The notes beneath the pieces were generated by a model. The model saw only the letters and a list, made by a program, of their open reading frames with translations. It was not told the DNA's origin and ran no database searches. 64,000 nucleotides of DNA, from the NCBI GenBank assembly GCA_014376695.1, contig JACMRA010000002.1, positions 7,323 through 71,322 of the forward strand, written 5' to 3'. Below, one piece after another: positions 56,335-64,000 of this stretch (positions are counted from its first letter, which is position 1; each line of letters starts with the position of its first letter). The DNA is from Minisyncoccota bacterium (GTDB lineage Bacteria; Patescibacteriota; JACMRA01). Made by a program: the position numbers and the translations under genes.

Positions 56335-57366
56335 ATGGCATTAGGCAAAAAATTAGGAAATATTTTGGAAAGTTACTTTGGTGAGGAGAGTCTCCAATCC
56401 CTGAGCAACAATTACGAACCCATAAGCAATCTACCGATTAAGGAAATAAAGCCCAAGGCCAAAATAAATATCACGCCGTATCCAGCTTTGATAGGCAGCC
56501 TAGCCAAAGACCAGGGCGATACCTCTAACCAAAAACCCTCTGCATCTGACCTTGTTCAAACGGTAGCCCCAAGTGACAACGATTACTTGGATCAAGTTCC
56601 TATTAACCGAATTGAGGTTAGCAATCCGTTCCAGACGCGGGAATACTTCGATGTCGAAGCGCTTAACAATCTGGCCGAGGATATTGGGCGAAACGGTCTA
56701 ATCCAACCAGTCATACTTATCAAAAGTCCCACCCCTGCCGAAGATGGAGGCCCTAGGTATATATTGGTTGCCGGTGAGAGGAGGCTTCGGGCTTTTAAAC
56801 AATTGGCCCGAGATACTATCCCAGCAATAGTTAAGTCGCATACAAGTCTTAATAATAAGCAGCAGTCGATTATTACGGTAATGGAAAATCTGCAACGCGA
56901 GGACCTCTCGGCTCTGGAAATGGCCAAGACGATTCAGATGCTAATGCGGACTCACAATTCGACTGAGGCTGAGGTAGCCGGTATTCTGTGTAAATCTCTC
57001 CAATACGTCAAAAATTTTCTTAGATTGCTCACCCTCTCGCCCTACATTCAGGATCTGTTGTCGACCAAACAGCTTACGGAATCCCAAGCGAGGTATCTTG
57101 TCAATCTCGATGAATCGACTCAGGTAATTGTGGCTCATAAGATTATTAGCGAAGAACTAACCGTCAAAGAGATTGTCCAGCTAGTCAAGAGCATAAATAG
57201 CAAATCTCATCCAGTTCAAAAGAGCTATAGCCCGAGACTGCAACATAATCTCCCGCACGAATTCGTCAAACGGGCAATTAAGTTTAGCGACGACATTCCT
57301 AATGCTAATCTCAAGTGTTTTGGAGATGATTTGCGTGGTAGGATTGTTATAAGCTGGGGAGTGTAA
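56335..57366 (+). CDS. parB: ParB/Spo0J-family partition protein (no adjacent ParA)
   Basis: Start at MALGKKLGNILESYFG. ParB box VPINRIEVSNPFQTREYFD, GLIQPVILIKS, YILVAGERRLRAFKQL, and an HTH (SLQYVKNFLRLLTL). Confidence 0.75.
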   Translation: MALGKKLGNILESYFGEESLQSLSNNYEPISNLPIKEIKPKAKINITPYPALIGSLAKDQGDTSNQKPSASDLVQTVAPSDNDYLDQVPINRIEVSNPFQTREYFDVEALNNLAEDIGRNGLIQPVILIKSPTPAEDGGPRYILVAGERRLRAFKQLARDTIPAIVKSHTSLNNKQQSIITVMENLQREDLSALEMAKTIQMLMRTHNSTEAEVAGILCKSLQYVKNFLRLLTLSPYIQDLLSTKQLTESQARYLVNLDESTQVIVAHKIISEELTVKEIVQLVKSINSKSHPVQKSYSPRLQHNLPHEFVKRAIKFSDDIPNANLKCFGDDLRGRIVISWGV

Positions 57367-57371
57367 TTTAT

Positions 57372-57722
57372 TTAAGGTCGCTTCCACAGCAAAATTTTAT
57401 CCCGTGCAATTTCTTTGGCAAAAATTGGGTCAGTAATTTGACTCAACTCTTTAATATCAACTGAATACCAAAAGTCAGATTGATCAATTGCGTAATCCAA
57501 TTCGTTGATGGTAGGATGTCTAGTCTGGGGTGTATCGGTCGTAAGAATCAGCAGGTCAAAATCACTTTTGAGTTTGTAATCGCCTCTAGCTCTTGAACCA
57601 AATAGCCAGACTTGGCATAGGCTCGGAATATTTGCAAAGACTTCAGTCAACGTATTGATATGCTTTTGCGTAACTCCGTAGGTATTGGCAGGCCTACTTG
57701 GCGTTTGGGTACTCGTTGTCAT
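57372..57722 (-). CDS. Minimal nucleotidyltransferase (MNT) antitoxin-type protein
   Basis: WLFGSRARGDYKLKSDFDLLI is the GSxxxG..x(D/E)xD polymerase-beta NTase motif. It overlaps the upstream HEPN gene by 29 nt. Confidence 0.8.
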   Translation of the reverse strand: MTTSTQTPSRPANTYGVTQKHINTLTEVFANIPSLCQVWLFGSRARGDYKLKSDFDLLILTTDTPQTRHPTINELDYAIDQSDFWYSVDIKELSQITDPIFAKEIARDKILLWKRP

Positions 57723-58134
57723 AGATGGATTTTAGTTTTTGGTATAATTCTGTGAATATTTGGTTGTAAACTCTAATCACGTTTTGGGCAACTTGATTGG
57801 CCGTCCCCTCGTCGTATGTGTGAGCGAGTAAATTTCGACCTTTGATACTGGCTAGCCAATCCTCTTCATCTGTTATTAGATTGTGTTGAAAGGCTTTTTT
57901 GAGTGTAGCTCTTGGTGTGGCCTCGAATTCTAGTCCGGACTCTTGCATATACTCTTTGAGAGTTTTCCAAGCTAGTTCCCAAGTGAACTCATATCTCTGG
58001 ATTAGTGCATCTCGATATAAGTCATTATCAGGCTCGAGTCTAACTGCATCGATAGCTTCTTGTAATCGTTGTAAGGCTTTTTCGTAATTACGGAATTTAC
58101 CAGTGAAACCGGAGATTGGAGGGGTTGGTGTCAT
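57694..58134 (-). CDS. HEPN-domain protein, HI0074 (nucleotidyltransferase substrate-binding) family, toxin-type
   Basis: DALIQRYEFTWELAWKTLKEYM and RNLLAHTYDE (the Rx4H HEPN motif). Confidence 0.8.
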   Translation of the reverse strand: MTPTPPISGFTGKFRNYEKALQRLQEAIDAVRLEPDNDLYRDALIQRYEFTWELAWKTLKEYMQESGLEFEATPRATLKKAFQHNLITDEEDWLASIKGRNLLAHTYDEGTANQVAQNVIRVYNQIFTELYQKLKSIYDNEYPNAK

Positions 58135-58141
58135 AATCTAT

Positions 58142-59908
58142 CTAGAGTAAATTACTATTTTTAATATCAAGAATTTCAGGTATGATAATTTTCTTTAAAT
58201 ATTTATCAACTGATTTTTTAAATTCTGCATTTTTAGTGAACCTTGGAGCGTTTGAGATTATACTAGGCATTTCTTGTACCTTTTTTTTCCAAGCAGGTAA
58301 AAATATTTCGGTTGCACAAACCTTTACAAAGTCTCGGAGGTGATTTTTAATTATAGCCTCTAAAGCATTAAGTCGCTCACTCGGTTCAATCAATGTAATA
58401 ATCCGCGAATTTAAAATGTACAGAAAATAGTACCTAGAGTGTTTAAGTATACTTTCTAAACCTTTATTGGCGCTTTTTTGTTCATTACCACTCAGTAATT
58501 CATATGCTACATTTTCAATAATCTTTTTCTTATCCAATTCTAAGAACATTTGCATTACTAAGTAGTACTCTTTTAGATCGTCTTCCGGTATCTCATCATC
58601 ATCTTTTATATTTAGGATCTCGTCTGGGAATATTGTGGAAAACTTGCTTTGATTATCAAGCTCAATTTTAAACAGTGCGGCTTGACCTTTTTTTGCAATT
58701 TCGGGGAAACCTTTATAAGCTGTATAAGCAAGGATAAAATCTGTAAATTTAACTTTATGCCGAATTGTTAAATTTTGAAATTGTTCGGGTAGCTTTATGC
58801 CTGATTTATATTCTAAATCAATGTAACCATCTCCGCATTGTAGGAAGTATATCCTAATGACGCTCCAAAGTGGTCTATTTGAATAAAACTGCCATAAGTC
58901 TATCTTATTTTGACTATTAGTAAATTTAACAATATTTTCAAGAATATCTGAGTTTTTTTCGATAATTAAAATTTTTGCCAATACTGATACTTTTTCTCGT
59001 TGCATTTTTATAGCGTTTTTAATTGAGTGAATTGTTTGCGCTCCGTTTACTACTTGAGGATTTTCTAGTTTATAAGAGCCTTGATTTTCTGTAACAGAAG
59101 TGCAGACAATTGTAATCCCGTTATTGTAAAACCAGAACAATTCCGGAGTTTCATTAACTGTCATTGTAATATTTTTGTTAATCTTACTATTCCCGAGACC
59201 GAATCTAATATTTTCATCGAAATATTCTTGATCGGATAGCTTGATTACATCAGTACCACTCATAGTCATAATATGAGCTTTATATTTATCATCTTGAGTT
59301 TTATAATCAAATTTTGACATCTTACCTTTATCGACAAAACTGACCATAATCGGCGCTACAGATCCATTTAACTTTCTTAAAATTGATTGCTCACTATAAA
59401 CATTGACATCAATAATTTCACTTCCTTCAATGACGTTATTTAGCTCATCTTGGAAGTCCTTCATTTTAATTTCACCGCAATTAGTTATATATATGTATAT
59501 AATTTTATTACATTCATTAAAATAAGTATATAAATTAGCATCGAGATAGTTTTTTCGGCTTTCAGCCCATTTATTTCTTGATTTTACGGTACTTAATTTT
59601 TCTACGAAATCAATAGAATCTGACTTTTCTTCACTTTGTAGATCTCGTAACTCGCTATTATTTTTATATTTACCCTGATATATTCTAAGGATTTTTTCCT
59701 CATCATTGTAATAGTACGCATCGATACCGCAGTCATTCTTACGGCCACATAATAAATTTTCAATATCTTCTAAATCTTCCTCCGGGATAATGTCATTTTC
59801 AATATTTTTTAAAAACCATTTCACAAATGTATTACCTTGTTCTGTCGTGTTTTTGTTTGTAGAAAAATTTTTATATGCTTTGTCGATGATTTCAATTAGT
59901 TTGCTCAT
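58142..59908 (-). CDS. AIPR-family abortive-infection protein
   Basis: Start at ATG (MSKLIEIID). N-terminal nuclease-like block CGIDAYYYNDEEKILRIYQGKY. Central VVNGAQTIHSI motif, characteristic as I recall of PF10592. Lies 7 nt upstream of the HEPN gene. Confidence 0.65.
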   Translation of the reverse strand: MSKLIEIIDKAYKNFSTNKNTTEQGNTFVKWFLKNIENDIIPEEDLEDIENLLCGRKNDCGIDAYYYNDEEKILRIYQGKYKNNSELRDLQSEEKSDSIDFVEKLSTVKSRNKWAESRKNYLDANLYTYFNECNKIIYIYITNCGEIKMKDFQDELNNVIEGSEIIDVNVYSEQSILRKLNGSVAPIMVSFVDKGKMSKFDYKTQDDKYKAHIMTMSGTDVIKLSDQEYFDENIRFGLGNSKINKNITMTVNETPELFWFYNNGITIVCTSVTENQGSYKLENPQVVNGAQTIHSIKNAIKMQREKVSVLAKILIIEKNSDILENIVKFTNSQNKIDLWQFYSNRPLWSVIRIYFLQCGDGYIDLEYKSGIKLPEQFQNLTIRHKVKFTDFILAYTAYKGFPEIAKKGQAALFKIELDNQSKFSTIFPDEILNIKDDDEIPEDDLKEYYLVMQMFLELDKKKIIENVAYELLSGNEQKSANKGLESILKHSRYYFLYILNSRIITLIEPSERLNALEAIIKNHLRDFVKVCATEIFLPAWKKKVQEMPSIISNAPRFTKNAEFKKSVDKYLKKIIIPEILDIKNSNLL

Positions 59909-60034
59909 AACTTTGAATTTCAAATTTATTATAGTGAACTATAATTCCAATTAACACTAAAAGTCAAGCTCATAATTCAGACTGTTTGTGTAAAAAAGCT
60001 AGTACCAGTTATAGTAATCCTCCTTTATAATAAC

Positions 60035-60928
60035 CTAATCATTCTTCAGCACATTTAAGAATACATCGTTTGGGATATTGACATTTGCAAATTGCTTCAT
60101 ACGCTTTTTGCCTTCTTTTTGCTTGTCTAGGAGTTTCATGCGGCGTGAGACATCTCCACCATAAAGTTTGGCAGTTACATCTTTTCGAAATGGCTTGACG
60201 GTTTCGCGGGCTATTACTCGGGACCCTATTACCGCTTGGATGGCTACTTCTACTTGTTGGCGAGGGATTAGTTCTTTGAGTTTGGTGCAGATTTTGCGCG
60301 AGAGGGCTTCGGAGTTGGCTTTGTGACTTATGGTACTTAGCGGTTCGATTAGCTTGCCGTTAAGGAGGACATCGACTTTTACGAGATTGGATTTCTTGTA
60401 TTGGCTTACTGAGTAGGACATTGAGGCGTAACCTTTTGTGCCTGATTTGAGCTGGTCATAGAAATCAATAATTACTTCACCTAGTGGGATGCTGGCCACA
60501 ATCTGGATTTGACCTAGCGATAGGCTGTTCATAGCAAGCACTTCACCTCGGGCAGTGTTGATTAGCTCAATCACCTTACCAGTAAAGTCATTTGGTGTGA
60601 TAATACTCATCTCGAGATACGGCTCGTAGATAGCCAGGATATTGCTCGGATCAGGTAAATCGGTCGGAGTCTTAACACTGGTAAAGTTGTTTTTGTCGAT
60701 GTCTTTGACATTGATTTGGCTCTGGGAGATGCCTCCGAGTTCTGGTGCTAATATTTCGACTAAAGTCTCTTGCTCATCGGGCGCGGGGTAGTAGTTATTA
60801 ATTAACTCCTTAATTAGACTGAGCCTAGCCTCGGGTCTGATTGGTTGGGTTAGGATTTCTTTGATTTTTGGGTCGAGGTTACTAAGTTCTAAGAACTCCT
60901 TGAATTGTTTGCGTTGGTCGATGGTCAT
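60035..60928 (-). CDS. lepA: Elongation factor 4 (LepA) C-terminal half only (domain V + LepA_C); GTPase domain absent
   Basis: YEPYLEMSIITPNDFTGKVIELINTARGEV, DFYDQLKSGTKGYASMSY, LIPRQQVEVAIQAVIGSRVIARETV and LYGGDVSRRMKLLDKQKEGKKRMKQFANVNIP are near-identical in pattern to EF4 residues about 400-599. The first ~90 aa are at most a degenerate domain III. Confidence 0.85.
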   Translation of the reverse strand: MTIDQRKQFKEFLELSNLDPKIKEILTQPIRPEARLSLIKELINNYYPAPDEQETLVEILAPELGGISQSQINVKDIDKNNFTSVKTPTDLPDPSNILAIYEPYLEMSIITPNDFTGKVIELINTARGEVLAMNSLSLGQIQIVASIPLGEVIIDFYDQLKSGTKGYASMSYSVSQYKKSNLVKVDVLLNGKLIEPLSTISHKANSEALSRKICTKLKELIPRQQVEVAIQAVIGSRVIARETVKPFRKDVTAKLYGGDVSRRMKLLDKQKEGKKRMKQFANVNIPNDVFLNVLKND

Positions 60929-61025
60929 AGGTTTTTAGTTGATAAAGTTTAGAATTAAGTGTATATTTTAATTATAAATTCCCGTTAGGGACGACCCTCA
61001 ACAAAATGAGGGGTTAATTTTTACC

Positions 61026-61523
61026 CTAATGAATTGTTATTAGTGTAAGATAACTTTCTTCTTTAGCAACTTTGAGGATATTCTTAACTTCTTCTAGATC
61101 ATTAATAAAAGGGTTTAATAATTCTTGTGTCCAGATATGATCGTATGGATAAATACCACACTGATTTACAAGTTCAAGATTGGGGTAAGTCTGACTCTCT
61201 ACACTTTGGAAATAACTATAAATATCTTGGATGTGGGTGGCATTGAGGATATGGGCAATACCATCATAGTCAAATTTTTTCAAATTAATTCTATTTTCAC
61301 CAAAAAAAAGCTTAGTTTGAACAGGTAAATCAAAGGGATACTTACCATTTTTCAATCGATCTCTATACTTATGATTGACCAAAAAATCTAAAATATCATG
61401 AGATTTGTAAAATGTAAAACTATTGTCTTTACTATAGAATATAGAATCTAAATACTCCAAAGTCATATTTGTGTGATCGACTCCTTGATCTTTTATTAAT
61501 TGAAAAGTTATGCTAATAGACAT
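61026..61523 (-). CDS. YfbM/DUF1877-like protein
   Basis: 165 aa. CGIYPYDHIW...ESYLTLITIH parallels E. coli YfbM MEIYPGVTF...GNHALTVIVG. The length is similar. Confidence 0.45.
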   Translation of the reverse strand: MSISITFQLIKDQGVDHTNMTLEYLDSIFYSKDNSFTFYKSHDILDFLVNHKYRDRLKNGKYPFDLPVQTKLFFGENRINLKKFDYDGIAHILNATHIQDIYSYFQSVESQTYPNLELVNQCGIYPYDHIWTQELLNPFINDLEEVKNILKVAKEESYLTLITIH

Positions 61524-61534
61524 AAAAATAAATC

Positions 61535-62038
61535 TTAAATTATCCCATCAATAAAACCATATTCCAATGCCTCTTTTGGTCCAAAAGGGTTTTCTCCACT
61601 TGTTAATTCAGTCATAGTCTCATCACTTAATTTTGTTTTATGAAATAAGTACCCATCCCTAAATAATTTATCTCTAGCTTCTTTAGCGATAATTTTGTCT
61701 ATGTGATCAGTTTTTCCTTGTAAGCCAAAACCGCTACTGTGGGTTAAGAAAGTTGTAAATTTAGTTGCATATCTTTTATGCCCAGATTGCAGGACATATA
61801 CTGCCGCAGATGCACATTGTCCAATTACAACTGTATGAATTGGTTTTGGTGAAGATTCGATAAAACTACCAATAAGCCTCCACGTGCCGTTTCCACCATT
61901 GCAATCAATAAGAATCTCTATCAACTTGACTGACTCGTCTAAAATGGCTAACTCAATTTCTTTACAGATTTTAATAGCAAACGGTCCTGTTATAGTTTCG
62001 ATTAACCAGATTTTTTTGGTACTTGGGTTGAAGTTCAT
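61535..62038 (-). CDS. ClpP-family (S14) serine-protease-like protein, short form
   Basis: Start at ATG (MNFNPS). ILIDCNGGNG (ClpP INSPGG), VVIGQCASAAVYVLQSG (GQAASMG, Ser retained), FLTHSS (MIHQP, His retained) and KEALEYGFIDGI (EAxEYGLID). The third catalytic Asp is not evident. Confidence 0.65.
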   Translation of the reverse strand: MNFNPSTKKIWLIETITGPFAIKICKEIELAILDESVKLIEILIDCNGGNGTWRLIGSFIESSPKPIHTVVIGQCASAAVYVLQSGHKRYATKFTTFLTHSSGFGLQGKTDHIDKIIAKEARDKLFRDGYLFHKTKLSDETMTELTSGENPFGPKEALEYGFIDGII

Positions 62039-62168
62039 ATACACATACAATTACACTTTTATAATTTCTGTGCAACCTCGTTTTTTGTTGATTTGACAGA
62101 ACGGTGAAATATATTTTATATTAGGTTAAATAAGAGTATAACAAGCAATTAAATCAATCAGTTTTTCT

Positions 62169-63336
62169 ATGGATTACAAAAAAGAAATTATCACCTCAGC
62201 GCCTAATCAAAATAGGGGGGGATATACAACCAACTCGATTAATATCTATCGCATTATCAGAAATTTTGTGTAGAATTCAGGAATTGAAAACTGATAAACC
62301 TCTACAGCGGGTCCATATGTGGAATAATATCGGCTCAAATATAAAAGACGGATTGCTCGAAACTAAATACGAATTTTTTAAAAAACATGGTTTAGAATTC
62401 CCAAGTTTAAATTTAGAAATGGACGATTCCCTAGAATTTCAAACTTATTTAAGAAAGGTATTAGAATCACTAGTTTCTACGGGCGTGATATATAAAGACA
62501 GCGACACTTATAGTGCTTGTAGCGATTGTGGTCATTGTATCGGTATTTCGAGTAGTAGTAGAATTTCTAAATGTTCCAAATGTCCGAGTGAAAATATAAT
62601 TATGGAGGCCAGAAATGGATTGTTTTTAGACCTACCAACTGATAAAATATCTCTAATAAAAGGTAAGACGCCAGCGTTTAAAAATATCAAGCAATTACAC
62701 ACACGATTTAATCACCTCCCAAACAGGATAAATTTAGAAAAAATTCGACCAACAGGTTTATCTTTAGATTTTCTGGGATTTGATGGGTTTGTCTTGGATC
62801 CAAAGTTTGGAATCAGCTTATTACCTCACTTCGTTGCTCAGAAATATGAAGTTGATAAAATAACCCAAGTACAAGGCTACGAAACAATAACAAACACTGC
62901 TCCTTACACCAATACTATACTCTCAAATATCGATTTTGAATATATTTTGACAGGATTGGCTGATAATAATTGTCAATTTTTGGACGAAGAGGTTAATTTT
63001 GTATTATTTCATTTGCCGGTTTTTTTGATTGGATTTGACTCAGTCGTTTCCGAGTCGCGAATCGATCAGTTAAAAGAGGATTATAAAAAGACTGTCCGAA
63101 AACTATCGGCTGTAATTAACGGACTTGAGTTAAGTTCGGAGTCAGTTGTTCCATTAGACAGAGAACTATTAAATCAAGCGATTGATTATTTTGCTCAATA
63201 TAAGTACAAAGATGGCATTATTGCAATTAAAGAATTTGTCAAACAACTTAACAAAAATCCCGAACTGCAAAAACAGGTCTCAAAGAGCGATATAAATACT
63301 ATAAATCAAACTTTTGGACTGATCTTTAAAATCTAA
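62169..63336 (+). pseudogene. Class I aminoacyl-tRNA-synthetase-like (MetRS-like) protein lacking HIGH/KMSKS, interrupted at a G7 run (62215-62221)
   Basis: The ATG at 62169 gives MDYKKEIITSAPNQNRG. Removing one G joins it to ..DIQPTRLISIALSEILCRIQELKTDKPLQRVHMWNNIG (compare MetRS [51 protein letters not shown]). Also LVSTGVIYKDSDTYSACSDCGHCIG...KCSKCPS (zinc-knuckle CP insertion) and GLFLDL (HFFFDL). Confidence 0.4.
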
Positions 63337-63341
63337 TTAAT

Positions 63342-64000
63342 ATGTTTTTATTCAAACAAACTACAGCAAATTTTAGAAATATAAATATTTTATTCGCTCC
63401 CGGCCTCCCTGGAGAGATGACTCAGAGACCAATCTTTGATGATTTGTCTGCCCTTGGATGTGATATTTACTCGTTCTACTATTCTGGCACTTACGAACAG
63501 GTCGGAATTTTTGACCTAGAACAGGCAAATAAAGATTTGGTAAACGCTATACAAGAAATGGAGGATAAGAAACTGCCTTTTACTATACTTGGATACTCGT
63601 TTTCGACATATTTTTTACAAAAAATCGATTTGGCACAATATTCCAATATTCTGGGACTCTCTATGTTTTCACCAATTATGGGACTCGATCCGAAGTCTAT
63701 TAAGGCTGATTTTTTTGAAGAATTAGAAACTTTGCACAAGGATTCTACGCAACCGTTTAAATGTAATTTGGAATTATTGAAAACTCAAATACCCGCCTCT
63801 GAGCTTAATTTCGACTACTCATTATCTAAGTTTGCACTGTACAATTTCCCTGTAACTTTTGCGTATTCATTAAATGATACATTGATCAATGTCGACACAA
63901 TTAATTACAAATTACAAAATTATCGAATTCAACATACTTATAACAAGTTTTTAGTATGGGATAGCTCTGAGGGGTATCATAGACTCGATACATATTATAA
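63342..64000 (+). CDS. Alpha/beta-hydrolase-fold protein (partial, runs off the window end)
   Basis: Hand-translated open frame, not in the ORF track: MFLFKQTTANFRNINILFAPGLPGE...TILGYSFSTYF (nucleophile-elbow-like G-Y-S-F-S)...SLNDTLI...EGYHRL. No stop before position 64000. Confidence 0.45.
   Translation, partial: MFLFKQTTANFRNINILFAPGLPGEMTQRPIFDDLSALGCDIYSFYYSGTYEQVGIFDLEQANKDLVNAIQEMEDKKLPFTILGYSFSTYFLQKIDLAQYSNILGLSMFSPIMGLDPKSIKADFFEELETLHKDSTQPFKCNLELLKTQIPASELNFDYSLSKFALYNFPVTFAYSLNDTLINVDTINYKLQNYRIQHTYNKFLVWDSSEGYHRLDTYY

Noticed and set aside
1-64000. Genome-wide alternative genetic code (UGA=Gly or Trp).
   Set aside because: ORFs of up to 977 aa are uninterrupted under the standard code. 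Only one in-frame TGA was found (49907-49909), and two genes appear to terminate at TGA. There is no evidence for systematic sense use of UGA.
1-64000. CRISPR arrays, rRNA genes, transposases or integrases, prophage.
   Set aside because: I saw no regularly spaced direct repeats and no rRNA-like conserved segments. No ORF has DDE, tyrosine-recombinase or serine-recombinase motifs. The only phage-flavoured genes (DUF1064, PF04020 holin-like, ClpP-like) are isolated.

Overview
This is an AT-rich bacterial chromosomal window. Genes are tightly packed and mostly lack Shine-Dalgarno sequences. The overall look fits a reduced-genome, CPR/Patescibacteria-like organism, but that is inference only.

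Recognisable core genes:
- Ribosomal proteins: rplX-rplE-rpsN-rpsH, infA-(L36-like)-rpsM, rplK, rplU.
- Other housekeeping: greA, bcp, trhO, a class B PBP, ndk, cyclophilin and FKBP isomerases, recF-like, trxB, prfA, ftsH, dnaX, ftsX, parB.
- Also an ABC exporter, a GT4 glycosyltransferase and one tRNA-Leu(UAG).

There is no rRNA, CRISPR array, transposase or integrase that I can support.

Unusual content:
1. rpoD is fused in frame to tsaE.
2. Many information-processing genes are truncated or catalytically degenerate. These are topA (N-terminus only), uvrD/pcrA (C-terminus only), uvrA (first ATPase half only), a ligA HhH-BRCT tail, an AlaRS editing-domain mini-protein and an EF4/LepA C-terminal half.
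3. The same trend includes a split ribonucleotide-reductase-like pair with active-site motifs lost and a roughly 500-aa insertion.
4. It also includes a MetRS-like protein without the HIGH motif, interrupted at a G7 run.
5. An accessory/defence island at about 55.7-64 kb carries MerR-like, ParB and an AIPR-HEPN-MNT operon. It also carries ClpP-like, YfbM-like, EF4-C, pseudo-MetRS and alpha/beta-hydrolase genes.
6. A PvcA/DIT1-like gene next to tRNA-Leu is broken by a single in-frame TGA, in a window where TGA is almost never used as a stop.
7. A small locus holds a strong-SD hydrophobic mini-ORF lying antisense to a terminated plus-strand transcript.
8. A 977-aa surface protein has four-cysteine modules and an LPXTG-like sorting signal.

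All family calls come from motif recognition by eye and need HMM or structure confirmation.
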